This document shows, piece by piece, positions 1-14,300 of a DNA stretch of 64,000 nucleotides (position 1 is its first letter; every line of letters begins with the position of its first letter). Both the position numbers and the translations under genes were made by a program. The DNA lies in NCBI GenBank assembly GCA_040954595.2, contig CM082596.2:1951854-2015853 (forward strand), read 5' to 3'. This DNA comes from Balanoglossus misakiensis. Taxonomy: Eukaryota; Animalia; Hemichordata. The notes under the pieces are model-generated. The model was not told the DNA's origin. It made no database searches and was given only the letters and a program-made list of their open reading frames with translations.

Positions 1-1317
1 GTTGAAAACTTTATTGTGCTAAGACAACAGCGAAATCATGGGTGGGCAACACGCAGAGAGCTTCCGGTTTCAAATAACCTGTTTGACCTTGGCGTTTGCA
101 GTGTACAATGCAGTGCGCAATTTTCACGCTGACCATTGATTATCACCACAAAAAATAACTAATAATCAAATATTTTCTTCTTTTATTGCAATATTTCGAA
201 AACGGAACCTTCTCAAGGGAAAAGTTCGCAGAAAAGTAACCTATTTCCGCTTCCGTCAATTTCGAAATACAACAAAACAACTTGCGTCACAAAAACTGTG
301 TCACTGGTGTTTATGAAACGGTCGTATCCAATTGCACAGAAATATGTCAACTTCTCTGACGTCAAATAAATTGTTTATCGTTTATGAAAAGTTCGAAAGC
401 AAAGAAGACGACTCGCATGTAATTTTCACAAGAAATTGAACTCTAATTTCGAGAAATAATCCCTAACAACAACTGAAATTACCGTGGCTGTTCGAGAAAC
501 AGTGAAATATTCGCCACTACTGCTTTTGTTTATGTCTATTATCAAACACAATTTTTCATTCAAGTTCTTGATCAACAACGTAAATAACAAAAATCTACTA
601 GCTTTGAACGATGGGCAAAAGACCTCAAAATCGATCGCAACATTCCTTGACCTTCTTGGTTTTAAACATATCCAAGGGCGTATATATCATTGTAATCTAG
701 AAGTACGCAATGGCCGCCATTTTGCATCCGCCTTTTGAAAAACAACGTAAAATGTACACAGAAATACTGGCAAACTTACCAAACGTTTGGAGATTTTGGA
801 TCGACATGCGATTGGAGGTGACTTCTGGCTTCCTTGACGAACAAAAACTAAAGTGTCGGATCAGGTACGCGTTGAGGATTACAATAGATTGCGGTGGGCT
901 ATGCGACTAACACAAGCTGCTCAAAATAGCAAACTGAATGACCGAACGGGGCAGTTGCGCAATTTAATACCACACTATTGACCGCTGGTGGCGCTGTGGA
1001 TGACGTTACAAAATGCTCAGGGTCGTGACCTCTAACGTCATCAAAGCCTTGGGTGAGTCCGATCCCCACAAGCAACTGAGTCACGGTCAAAGTAGGCGTA
1101 ACTTTGAAGATATACTTGGAAAGTGATTAACACTTACGCAGGACAAACTCGGGTGACAATCAGTTATATCGTGAAGGAGAGAGTTACCATTTCCTATCGA
1201 ATCCACAGTCAAAGTGTCTCTAGAGTGATACCCCCGTGTGGAGGTCAAAGGGCACACTGTCCTAACCCTCACCGTCATCGGTTTAAAGGTACGGTATGGT
1301 ATGCGGAAACCTATTCG

Positions 1318-2214
1318 ATGTTTGCGATCAGAGCTGCAATCACTGTTGGTCGACAGTTAAAGTCGTTGACAGCCATGGCGAGACGACCAAGTTCCGACAT
1401 GGCCGCATTCCGTGAAGACTTTGCAAAGGCGAAACACATCGTAGTCTTGACGGGTGCGGGCGTTAGTGCAGAGAGCGGCATCCCTACTTTCCGTGGGGCA
1501 GGGGGTTATTGGAGACGATGGCAAGCACAGGACTTAGCCACGCCGGAAGCATTTGAAGCCAACCCTTCGCTTGTGTGGGAATTTTATAGCTACAGGCGAG
1601 AAGTTGTTCTGACTAAGAAACCAAATCCCGCCCACGAAGCCATAGCGGCCGCCCAGAAACGATTGGCAAAACAAGGTCGCAAGGTGGTGGTTATCACACA
1701 GAACATCGACCGTTTGCATCAAGCGGCTGGAGCGGATGATGTTATAGAGTTGCACGGAACACTCTTTAAAGTTCGCTGTACCAAGTGCGGAACAGTTCGA
1801 GAAGATACAAACAGTCCCATTGTGCCAGCGCTCGCTGGTAAGGGGGCACCAGACCCGGATGCCGAAGATGCGAGAATACCGACGAAGGATCTACCGAGCT
1901 GTAAAGATCCGGGATGCGGCGCGATAGTAAGACCCCACGTCGTGTGGTTTGGAGAGAGTCTTGACGATCCCATTCTATCAAGAGCCCACGACGAACTTGA
2001 TGAATGTGATCTCTGTCTTGTTGTCGGTACGTCTTCCGTCGTGTACCCAGCCGCTATGTTCGCACCTATGGTCGCCCAGAGGAGAGTTCCCGTAGCCGAG
2101 TTCAACTTGGAAGAAACGTCTGCCACGGAAAAGTTTGGGTACCACTTTTGCGGCCCGGCTGGAGAAACTTTGCCGGTTGCCCTTGCTCCACACCCAACTG
2201 AGAAGACCGATTGA
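1318..2214 (+). CDS. SIRT5: NAD-dependent protein deacylase sirtuin-5 (class III, mitochondrial), single coding exon, 298 aa
   Basis: Sirtuin motifs [22 protein letters not shown], two Cys pairs (CTKC...CKDPGC), [28 protein letters not shown] keeps the Tyr/Arg pair of the SIRT5 succinyl pocket. The first in-frame ATG at 1318 gives a basic N-terminus resembling a mitochondrial presequence. Confidence 0.95.
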   Translation: MFAIRAAITVGRQLKSLTAMARRPSSDMAAFREDFAKAKHIVVLTGAGVSAESGIPTFRGAGGYWRRWQAQDLATPEAFEANPSLVWEFYSYRREVVLTKKPNPAHEAIAAAQKRLAKQGRKVVVITQNIDRLHQAAGADDVIELHGTLFKVRCTKCGTVREDTNSPIVPALAGKGAPDPDAEDARIPTKDLPSCKDPGCGAIVRPHVVWFGESLDDPILSRAHDELDECDLCLVVGTSSVVYPAAMFAPMVAQRRVPVAEFNLEETSATEKFGYHFCGPAGETLPVALAPHPTEKTD

Positions 2215-4436
2215 GTTCTACAAGAACACTTTCCATTATTTTGCTTTCAAATAACTGTAAGGAGTATGCAATCAAGCTCTTTCAGTGTTTGATTTAGACA
2301 GACTTGGTTCAATTAAAATGAAATCATATGCAACTGTTTCCCGCATGTCTTTTTTAAAAATTCGAGTGTCATACAAACATCGGTCATTTTGTACCTCTCG
2401 ACTTTGGCGTCCGTTGCTATAAACAGACAACCAAAGAGGCATCATTTTGAACAGAAATTTATCCCATGTTGGTGATAGACGTTTTAGTCGCTGTGAATTT
2501 ATTTCAAGACAACCGTTGGGGGCGTGATAAATCAAACGGCCAGTATATTTTCGTAAGTTTTTCAGGTACGGCCCTATTTTTGTTTCACGAAGCCCAACAA
2601 ATGATTTCCCTGCGTAGTCAACAAGACAACCAATGCATACAGAATACTATGTCTATGTCTTTATGCCTGCATTTCTGAATGATCAAAGTTTTGTAATTGA
2701 AGCAGTGTTCGTCTTTATATCAGAATCACCTGTGGGAGGTGTATGTATTGTCGTGCCTCGCTGGGCCCGAACAGTTTCTCAAAGACTCGCACGGATGGAT
2801 AATTTGAAGTGATAAAGGTCGCGTGCATAGCAGTTGGACATTTGACATTTGGAAATCCACGTCGGGTCCAACATACAGCGTGCAGCCTGACGTCGAAAAC
2901 AAAGGGGGTGGCAACCACAACTGTAATGTCAAATGCCTTGAATTCGTGACCATGGAAACATCACTTTCCGTGATTCCGTTAATTTGTTTGATGAGCAGAG
3001 ATCAGTCAACAAAGAAGAGACAACTTAACTAGCTACAGCGATCGTAACATGTGACGGCGACTGAACACAGAGCAATGTATGGCGTCATGGTCACTCGGTC
3101 CTTACTGAGAGTGATTATAATTTTAATGTTTCATTAAAAAAAAAAAAAAAATGCATTGAAACACGGAGAGGAGATTGACGAGGTGTAGTTTTGAGTCGTG
3201 ATGTGACAAGAATAAAAATATCGTTCAGAAACAAGGTACATGTGCATCTATTGTTGTACTCCGTTTTTACGGATGACAGACTATTGACAGTTATTGTCAT
3301 GAATTTTTTATGCGGTGGTTTTTCTATTACCCGGATCTAAATAAAAGATAGTGCGTATAGTAGAGATATGAACTTATTCCTCAACGCAAACCCGAAGCCA
3401 CCAGACTTAAACTGGACTTGACAACTGCGTCAGAGAACCAGCGTTGCCGGGGAAACGCGTCCTTGGGGAACCGATTTGATGAAGTGTGGATCATCGCCAT
3501 GACAACAGATAGCGGAAAGCAATTTTGTTTGTGAAGTGTTTTGTGTTTGGTCCGATGGGATTTACGGTAATGACCTTTTTAACTTGGTAAGTGTTGAACG
3601 GTCTAACACCTGATGGGAACAGGTACACAAGCCTTAATTACTGGACCAATCTAATTATAGCAATAACATTCTCAACGCTGTCTGTAACTTCTTTAAATAT
3701 TTACTATAGCAAGGAATTAACTGGACAAGTGCGTGTCCTTGATGTTTGAGAAAATATAATCATTTTTAGTCAATATGTGTGTCCTTGACGTTTGAGGAAC
3801 ACCAAATACTTAAACTCCAAGCAGAACATGCGTTGTTTGTGGTAAAAGACTCGAGCACAACATACAACAGGAACAACACCCCCCTCCTCTTTGAGAGAAC
3901 ACTGACAAGTCCCTGAAACGACGCGTCTTTTAATATTGGCATGCTAAAACATGCACCAAAATATCCCCTAATTCTTGTGTAGGAGTGAAACTAAATCAGA
4001 TGGAAATTCATCTTGTGAAACTTTAGAGAAACATCGGAAAGATCCCTGAAAAAAGGGGAAACTTTCTCATATTTCGAAATACACGATTTAATTTACGTTC
4101 CCCCGGAAAATAAACGTCACTTAGAATGTTGCTTCCGGCGTTTATAAATAAAACAACGCAGGGTTTTTGAGATTAGTCCGACCCGAGATCCCTCGTTATT
4201 GTAAATTATCGATCTAAATTTGCATTTCGGAAGCGAAGATTAAAAGCTATTAGAGTATTAGTCCAACCCCTTATCAAGCCAACTGTTCAGCTGACCTCAA
4301 TTGTTTCAATTGTATGATTGTGAAACAAATTGCCATCGATCAACAATGTATATGAGCGTTTCAATTTCACTCTTATATTTTATAACCGTCAAACTACTGT
4401 AATTACTTTGTCGTGACAGCCATGTCTGTGAATTAG

Positions 4437-4490
<54 letters not shown>
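4437..4490. repeat. (ATC)n microsatellite
   Basis: About 18 perfect ATC units. Confidence 0.95.
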
Positions 4491-4493
<3 letters not shown>

Positions 4494-7400
4494 CACGAAC
4501 GTGTCACAGAAACGGGGTTACTCGTACTTATTAACAATTAATGAGTTGACATTTTGAGATGATCAACGCTAACAAATGAAATTTGAACGTAAACAAATTC
4601 AAGAGCAATCCGATGCGCGGATGTGGGTGCGCACAACACACAGAGGAATCCTATATTACTCAGTGTTGGTGATCTAACTGCCCTTAGTTACGCTCTTCAT
4701 TTCGGCCTGAAATTGATATTGGCATTTTCCAGACTGTCAGGAACTGTCTTAATTTATCGCCAGGCTGCGACGGGGCTATTTATTGCCGAACGCTGTTTTC
4801 TCTGCTCCGGCCAAAAACACGACAGGGTGATAACGAGAAGAGCTTGTGTATCCACGTTGAGAGAGGAAAGTGTTGCCTGCGTTACAGCGAGACCGTAGCG
4901 ACAACGCGAAGGAGTGCAGCTCAAAACGCCGGTGACATTTCGGGGCTGTTTGCGTTTACACGATCCATCGCACTTAACTACCTGGTAGCTGGGAACGCAT
5001 CAAGGTAAGACAGAGAGAGACATCAAGCTTGATGTTGTTTTTTATACTAATCACAAGTGTTTAGTAAACCAACGCACATCTTCATGTTGACTCTCATTTA
5101 AGTCACGTTATCTCGGCTCCTTGTGTATGCCGCACACGCGACTACATGCGTGTGTGGCTTCCGCCTCGAAATATCTATTAGAAATAGAACCACGCTGAGT
5201 ATATACGGACACCGCCGATTTGAAACTGAATTCACAGCGGGTATACAGGATTTTGGCTTGGTGCAACGGTTGTCTTCGGCTTGCCGTTAATTGGGAAGCA
5301 ACATCAGTTAGCCTACCAGTCAAAATCATTTTGAATATTCATTCTAATGAAAGTAATTCATTATGATTCCCTGATGATTACATCCCGCATCGACTCTTCC
5401 CTCATGCATGCGACACTTGCTCATTCCCGTATTTCGTACCGATATGGGAAAGGACAAGCTCGTCTTTCCCAACGCTAAAAGCCTCTCCCGAAGCCTGGTT
5501 TATGTATTCAAGCATTTTACAGGAGAGGTCTGGTGGATTCCGTCGCATGCTCTTGTCCCCAGTGAGCGGTTTATGTCAGCATTTCAAAGTAAAGAGACCA
5601 TCTGGTTATGGCCAACAGCCTGCCTCATGCATGTACGGATATACACGTACACACAGATAACCAGAGAAAAAAATCGCCAAAGCAGACATGTTGGAGTGGG
5701 ATATGAAAAAGTCACAAGACGAGACAAGAGTCGGCAATCAAAGCAATGGAAACGAAATCAAATAGCATCTGCGATCAAATATTGAACGCGCAATGAAAGA
5801 GCTTCGCGGAATGTCAGGGTGCCATTTAAGAATCTGGAAATGGCGTATACAGGTCTGTCGCAAATATTATGCGGAATCATTTTACAACGTTAAAAAATGT
5901 GGCGCTTTATCAGAGTTGATATTAAATTTCAACACATTCAGAAATCTTCATCAAACATCGATGATATTTCCGCTTTTGTATTCAACCTTCACATTCCACG
6001 GCTGCTCATGCCGACCGTTCTGACAAAAGCAATGAAAGGATGTCTCTGTAGATTTAACCCTTGATTTTAATACAAAATTAAGCTTTCCCTGGAATGTCTG
6101 GTAACCTAAATTCCTCAGCTTTGGCTGGAAATCAAGGCTTGGAACCGCAAACAACAAATGCAGTCTTTGTGATTCGCGTTGTGTGGTTAACAATGGCGCA
6201 TCCTGCACCTGTAATTCGAATGAACGATATAATCAAAGGTTGCCCGTATGTATTCATTTATGAATTCCGGGTGATAAGGCGATCAAACGGGGGTCATAAT
6301 GCCATGCGGGGAATTGCAATGATGCGGGTTTACTGTACTTTACAATGAAAAGATCAGATGATTTCTGATGTGCGAATGTGGGAAACGGAATGACGCAATA
6401 TCAATTTGCTATTGTCATTAACACCTTTTGTGTGTGTCACAGAGGATCTTCGTTTGTCCAATTGAAAGTGACGGTTAAACGGCTGCGCGCGGATGTCACC
6501 TTCAACAGATTGGAAGCGTTAATTACGGCGATAAATTTACACAGTGTCGACTCTCGTCTAATGGAAGTTTATTGACTCGGCAGATTGTGCTCGTTCGGGC
6601 AAATAGCGAATAGAGTAAAACAAATCGATGCTAATATACAAACTCTCGGCTGCCTATGAACACCGCTCCTGCTAAGTCTATACGTCTTGTATATAATGAT
6701 TTCGCCCGCGTAGCGAAGATTTGTGATTATTTTCAAGAGACGAACATGAAAAGAAAAAAATAACTGAACGCGCGGTGTGTGTATGTATCCAAGTACGTGA
6801 AACCGCAAATACCGAAAAATATTGAATAAATAATGAAGAAAAAAGACTCCGTGAATAAAACTGGAACAGGTTGCATGTTTTCCCCTGAGGGGTTATTTCA
6901 AAAAATTTGCATTGAGTTCAGTCCAGCACTGATAACAGTTCCGATCGCTATCGGCTGTCCACGTTTTTTGAAAAGAGTCTTTAATGACAATCCTGAAGAG
7001 TTCTGATTTCTCCTGAATACTCGCGTCTAATAGACGGGTACGCCTAATATAAAACGTTGATTCTAGCATGTAATGAAGCAGACCCGCTTGAAAATTTCCA
7101 TTATTGCAAGGACATCATGCCCAGTCAACATTTCTTCCCTGGGGAGTTAAACATTAACATCTGGCATTTCATCATCTTATTTTCTCTATTCGTGCGTCTG
7201 TCAAATGTGGATTTATGGATTTATACTTTTAATTTAATAGTATTTTCAGATTTGATAATTCACGTCTCCTTGCGAGCGGAAATTCTGTTTCCCTGAATTT
7301 ACATTATTTGTCCTCAGGTTGGGTAAAATTTGTCTTGTAAACTAGTATTTTGAGCCATTTACAGTCATTTTGATAATTATCTCTGAATCACTCATTTAAA

Positions 7401-9969
7401 CCATCACAATGGCGCGATTTTAATTGATCAGGCGATCAGTTATTAGTTATTAGCGGACATTAATCTACTCCAAGGGCGTATTTATAATGCGATTTAGTTT
7501 TGTTGCGCAACACAAGGCCATCGGCCATAAAGGGAGCTTAGCTAAGCTTGGCAGATTAGAAAATAGTACCGATGACAAATCCTTTCAAAATATCATAAAT
7601 AGTAACACCTTTTTGAATAGCAGATACAAAAATGCTGGTGATACAAGAATTGCTAGCTAAGATTAACTTTTCCACAGGCAGAAGTGGTTGACCTTAATCA
7701 TTAAACCGTGTCATATTTTTTAAAGTTCACAAAATGTGACACATATGTTCAATTTCAATTTATAACAAATGACACTGTCATCCCACACAAGCTGCAATTC
7801 AAATACTATTAAGGCAGATCTTAGTTTACCACTCACTCAGGACCTGGATCAGTATCAAGCAAATATAACCACCATTACTAAGAAATGTGACTCCCGTTGT
7901 TTAGAAAATTGAGAATTCCCACGATAACCCAAAGAGCCGCGCTTTCGAATGGAGGCGATATATGCCATTCTGAGTGCCTTTGTAAGCACTGTGACATTAT
8001 CAACGCACTGTGCCCTTTCGAAATGATATCACAGTGAAAGCTTGAACATGGTGGGCGAAAGCGTCAACTAGCGGGAAGGCAGAATTCACCCCCAGGATCT
8101 AGGAACGCATTTTACACGGCGGCTCTAACAAACATTTCCTCTATTATGTGTGTGAACGAGGAATTCTGAGAATCTTGTTTGAAAGTTTCTTTTCAGTACA
8201 AGATTGACTTCAAGACAATGAACCACGTTTGAATACACGACTTTCCGAAAAATATGTCACAACTTCCTAAAGGTTCTCTCACGTAACATTTAACTGTAGT
8301 CAACTTTGGCATTTTGCGTTTGAATCGCACGCACCCCTCTTCGACCAGGAGTCTATTTTTATTCAATGGCCTGGATGAATATATTAAGTGAAGCGGCAGT
8401 TCTTGGAAATTGCTTCACACATGTAAACACATATAACACACATCCAACGACTTGCTATTTACACTGTATCTATATGGGTGTTTTATCCTAGGCATAGGGC
8501 AGTAACGAAGCTAAGCTGATTATACACAAACGTGTTCAAGACTTTGCATACGACTATTGCGATAAGATACCTTATAGCATGGTAACAATCGCAAACTATG
8601 GAGATAATTGCTTTTCTGATAAAAGGCACATACATTGTGATAAAATAAGCGCAAAGAACGTTGTATATAATTAGAAATATTGAAGTATGACTTAAATAAA
8701 ACCAGAATAGGTGTTTACCATTTTGTCAGTCAGTCACACGATAGAATTGTGGCACTCACCCGATGAATATTTACGCGGGAATAAGATTAATACCCCAATA
8801 TAGCTGGTCAGAATGAATGTTGCCTGCTTTGAGACATCTAATAGAAAGTAGAAATGAGATTTTCGTTCAGCGCTGCCACTTAGATCTTTCTTTCATCGCT
8901 GCTGGGTTAATGTACGTAATATGAATGAACCAGCGTTTAAACTGATATGAAATTCGTTCTGTGTAATAAAATAAGGATAGTAAACACGCCAGCAAATGAA
9001 ATAGTTTTGTAGATGTGCTGACATGCTTCAAGATGGAATATGCCGTGCGCGCCTTCAGAATTTATTAAACAGAAAGAACCAAGTGTTCCTGTGTTAATAT
9101 CCGATTTCCATGGCGACGGGAATATAAAACTGGAGTTTATTTTATATGCATTAACACGGTCTACACGACGCGTTTAATCCCTTTGATGGGACCTGTGGTC
9201 GCAGCGTGTGGCGTATTTCAGCAGAAGAATACACTCCCTGATGATGTGGCGAATGAATGCATACATCAATAATTCTACAAAGAAGTTGCAAGTCGTCTGT
9301 ACAAATGGAAGGTTTCCTTGGGAATAACAGATTTTAACATCAAAGGGACACTAAGTCTCGCATTATTTTGGTTGGTTTCTTATGATGGATTATTGGTGTT
9401 AGGATCCATATTTTCACTGGGTGGCCACGCGAAAAAGTGCGCCACCACATGATTAATAGACAGAAATTGTCATAAATCAAAGAAACAATGTACATGTACA
9501 TCAACATCTTTTGTTAAGATGCATTTAGTGGAGGACCTTAAACGTTGTTGATAAATATTAAAGGACAATACACATTTGGCTTTGACGTCATCAACTAATT
9601 GTGTTCCAGTTGCAAAGAGACATCTATCTCCTAAATTCCAATTTGAACATGATTAGACGCAGTTAATTCTTGACAAACCGGTTCACAATGATATGGCTTT
9701 CCGTGTAATGGGAGGATTCTTATCTGCGTGTTCTATTAGGTCCATTACACATTGATAATCTGGTCACAGATTTGCAAAGATTGGGGATCTTGCTATTTTA
9801 GTCTGGAGATGAAACCCAAAACATTCATTATGCCTGGATTGCAAGAAAGAATATCATTACTACTATTTGTTTACGTTCTCTGCTGCTAGACGAGCAATAT
9901 TTTTGGCTTGAAGGGCAATTATGAACAACAAGTCACGTCTCGGAAATGAAAACAGTTCTGAAGCCAATC

Positions 9970-10062
9970 TGATCCCTTTCACAACCATGGTTCAGTCCAA
10001 ACCCATTGTTATCTACGGTAAGGTTGGACCTCTAAAGAGGGAACTGGGGGTGAAAGGGTTAA
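9970..10062. mobile_element. ~90-bp TTAA-type MITE, copy 1 (ends CCCTTTCAC...GTGAAAGGG-TTAA)
   Basis: Terminal inverted repeat. The internal sequence ccatggtt..gtccaaa.ccatt....cta.ggtaa.gttggacctct is shared with copies near 18335 and 61270. Confidence 0.7.
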
Positions 10063-11134
10063 AGATGGATCACATATGTCCGAAACACATGAGACATGAA
10101 TATTTCTAGCGCTATATTCCACCATGTCCGTGGACAGCACTCCATACCCAGATCTCTGGCACATTCCATTCAGTTTGTATGTATTGCAAACGTCTTGGGG
10201 GAATGGGTGCAATTTTGTGTCGTTTTCCTTAAACAGGAAACCATTTAATTGACGCTACAGGCAGACTTTAAAAATAGAGCGAAAGTTCGACAAAAGATTG
10301 AACCATTTTAGAAACCTTTCCAAGAACTGTAAATCGAAAATCGTTTGATGAATAGTACATAAAAGATATGCCGATTGGAAATTAATTGAACATTATAATC
10401 AAAGACAGAGTGAAATTTAGGTGCACAGGGCGAGTATGTTTTGTAGTTCTCATTTCTTTTTGAAATCGGTTTCTATTATACGACAATTCTCTGTTATCTC
10501 GACAGAGTTTTCAGTTTCTCTGAAAGAATATCTCAGTAGTATTTACTCATAGCTTCGGGCAGTGAGACGTTCATGTGTTCCTATCTTGCAATTATGTTCA
10601 ATAATATTTTTATTATTCATATACGCGACTCAGAATAAGATATTACCACAATGACATTGATATTAAGACACATTTGTCAGCAGCAGCGAATCAATACAAG
10701 TTCATTTCACGGAAATTAATCGACGAGATTTTGAAGCTCTGAAAAGATAAATTTTCTTGGTTCCTGATGTGGGTATATTATTACAGCTGCGGCAAATAAC
10801 CGGCGAGAGTCCTTGATGGATGTTTTCAGTTTGACAACGCCTTTAGGTTCGGATGTACCGGCTGCTCTCACTGCACTCTCCGGGATAGTTAGTATGGCAC
10901 ACCGTCTACCTACATCGATAATGGGCCCCCTGGCAAGACAGGCCTAAGTTGGATTTCTACAGCAAAGGAATAACGCTGTCTCGAACAGCCTATTCGTCAA
11001 ATTGAAGGATCTCTAAGTTTGGAAAACCGACTGACAGATCCTTCAGTCAGACAGGTTTTTCACCTCAAGTTTGCGCGGTGTAGTTTTTATTTCATGGCGT
11101 TTCATCTTACAGGTAGATGGTATTATACATGTTT

Positions 11135-11355
11135 AATAGACTGTTTTCTGAACTTCTCGAGACCGCGAGATCTCGCGCGACTAGGCACTTCACATGGAGG
11201 ACGAAACAACACAAACGTTATATTTTATGTTAAACTCTGCATATATTCTATAGTTTCATACAAAGCTTGGCATGTTTTACTTGGCTAGCAACCCGTTGCT
11301 AAGGTAATTATTCAAGTCTCGCAAGATCTCGCAAATGAGCAGAAAATCGTCCATT
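11135..11355. mobile_element. ~220-bp MITE, copy 1 (AATAGAC..TTTTC / GAAAATCG.C.ATT ends)
   Basis: Imperfect TIRs and inverted subterminal GAGACCGCGAGA/GTCTCGCAAGATCTCG blocks. Clearly homologous to 16835-17075 (shared caaagcttggc...ttggctagcaacccgttgcta). Confidence 0.8.
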
Positions 11356-14300
11356 CTGTTATTTATGTGAACTGCTTCACTGAATGCTTCCTCCCCCTTT
11401 GGCCAGACCTTTCCCCGGACCACGCATGGAATTCAGTGGGATATTTAATGGAATAACCATTGTGGAAGTCTTTTTGGCTCCTTAAAGAGCATTTTAATGG
11501 ATGTCCAGCGGGGGTTTTCATCTCAGACACAGCTTCGTTGACGAGCGTGGTCGTCTCATAAGTCATCGCCGACATCAGTCCCGTGCCTCAGAGCTCACCG
11601 ATAAACATCCATCGTGATTTACATGCCTCCAAGACGTAATAACTCTAAAGATGCTAGATTAAACTTTGCAACAATACTAAGTTAACATCCAGGTGAAAGA
11701 TTAACGCTCACGCTCAAACTCCAAAACAATTGCAACTCTTGTCAACAGGACAGAACCTACATGGCAGTGCATACATAATCAGGATGTTCTAATCTAAATT
11801 GTAATTTTGTTTAATTATTCTGCATGACATATTTCTCACACAATACTAGACAAATATATGCGTGCGTGCACATGCCTACAGCATATTCTCTCCAAGAAAT
11901 ACCCACAGCTAATCTGACGACGAATTCGTTCTTGCAGTATTTCATAACTTGTACCTAAGATGAGTAAACCTGCAGCTCGCTTAACAGACGCCAGTCACAA
12001 GTTCTCAGAGACCAAAACTACTCCCAAAGCAAAACGTTTCGCCCTGTTGAACTATAATTTTACTTCGGAGCCACAAAGTCTGACTTATTAGCTTCTATAG
12101 CTATTTATTTGGTGACATCAACACAACACCACAGGCATGTATAATTACTGTTTTCCGACTAAAAAGGTAGAACGCATCTCGTACATCAAAGGATCGCAAG
12201 TACTCTATCACAGTGCACGTAAACTATTGGTTATAAAAATCAAAGAAAACTCAATCAGGGGTCGACGTTGATGTTGTAATAAACGTTTCTATACAAAGTT
12301 TAATTTAATTTGACGGTTCTCTAACTGACCTCCCCGCTAGTATTTGTGGATTTGTTCAATAATTATACCACCAGAATTGACCCTTGAAATATTTATTGAC
12401 CGCAAACAACGATCCTCCTACGTGTAATTAGATAATAAGTGTTCGTGTTTACTGCCACATCTTATACTGATGGCGGAAAATAACAAGACCTCGCTTGGCA
12501 GATTTTAGTTTATTTATAGCAATATATCGTGGTGTTTCCAAGTTTCCGATGCACATTACAGGCAGTGAGACAGAAAATTGCATGAGCAGACGATGCTGAA
12601 TAACATGCCATCTCCATGACAACAATGTGAGTGTAACTTTTACAAAACACCATCACGTCAATATGGTTTAGTTCCGGATCGAAATTGCACGCACGGTTTC
12701 GGTAGAGCACAGAAACAAAGTGGATTAGAGGTGTAGATAATTGTTAATTAATAAGTATACAATTTCCCATGTGAACATATCCGTATCACTAATGCGCCAC
12801 TTCGTTGTTGTCATAACAATGGAATGATCACTTTGTCACGTAGAAACGTGGATGACCTCCTTTGGCAAAACGTGGGGTCGTTCACTGAGAAATAGGCCCT
12901 TTCTCGCGGAAACATTAAAAACCAGGCCGGAAATGACGTTCAATAAAAAACTGTCCGTATTAGTCGACCTTCAGAGAAGCGTCTGGCACAGAAGGTGCTA
13001 GATCGTCATTCACCGTTGGCGACAAATGAATGGTGAGTTATGGTTATTTAAGACAGTCTTGATGATAGATGGTGTGAGAATAGAAAATGACGCGTGCACG
13101 TGGACGATTCCTATTCATCATATTGATGCGTGACTTGCGGTTTTAGATGATGATATCATTGACATTATCTGGTACCCATCCATCGCGCACGTGTTCTCCA
13201 TTGTATTGCCACAGTGTGACGATCAGCCAAGATAACGCTTAATATATCTAGAGTATTTCATCAGATCCGTCACATAGGCCTACAATCGATTATTCAGCGT
13301 TTCGTGAGTAATATCTCCCTATTCAACAGATATCGCCAACTGTTTTAATCAACATCACAGCGACGAGTTCAAAGTGTCACATTGGAAGCGGATTGAAATC
13401 GAAAGGGCTTAGGCAATTTAATTTTATTGTTCGCGTTTCGTAATCGTTCGGACTCAAAAGATGTTTCCCTTTGCGAATATAAACATGTATTTCTTAAATG
13501 TCACATCGCCGATTGAAATACTTGTAGCAATCAAACACTGCTTCATACATATTGCTGTATATGAAAACAAACCCTGGATTTCATGGACATATATGCTCAG
13601 AGATACATTGCCATTCGTAATCCCTGAACAGAGTGCACTGCAGAATCTGCAATGTCGGACGCATCCATTGCTGGCGGACAAGACTTCCATTTGTTTACTT
13701 ATTTATGGGCAAAATCTAAATGCATCGCACGACTCGTTTGAGAAGTGCGCGATTTGGCGGAATCACATCTACTCTCTTGATTGGTTTTTGTCGTCGCACA
13801 TCCAACCCTGGTTCAATCAGCAGTTTGCTCAGAGGTGTAGCTGAAAGGGGGAAAAACTGACAAGTGAACGGATTTGAACGATTCCAGTGAATGCAATCAT
13901 TTCGTTGCAACTGCGCAATCACGGCCGGGAAATGTGCGCAGTATGCATAGACGTATTTTGAAGACACGACTTATTAGCACAGCTGAGTTTTTACCCAAAC
14001 GAGGTCGCGACAGACTAATGAACATGTCAAAAATCAGGTGGAATCAGGAGCGAGTGAAAATCACATTTATCATTCGAATATGAGATTTGCCGGCTAGGAT
14101 GAAGACGAATCTCAAGTGAAATACTTCAAAGAAGAGCGCCACTCACATCACAATCCCAGCATTCCCCAATGCACACCCTGTTTTGATGAAGAGTTTGACC
14201 TAATCGGTAAAACCCAGTTCACAATTGGACACTCACAATGCGATGGCACATAAGACAGATAACAATGAGGATGAAACCCTCAACAGCAATGTATTGAATC

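Noticed and set aside
1123-1317. 65-aa N-terminal extension of SIRT5 in the ORF track
   Set aside because: It starts at a non-ATG codon; the ATG at 1318 already gives a normal-length SIRT5 with a presequence.
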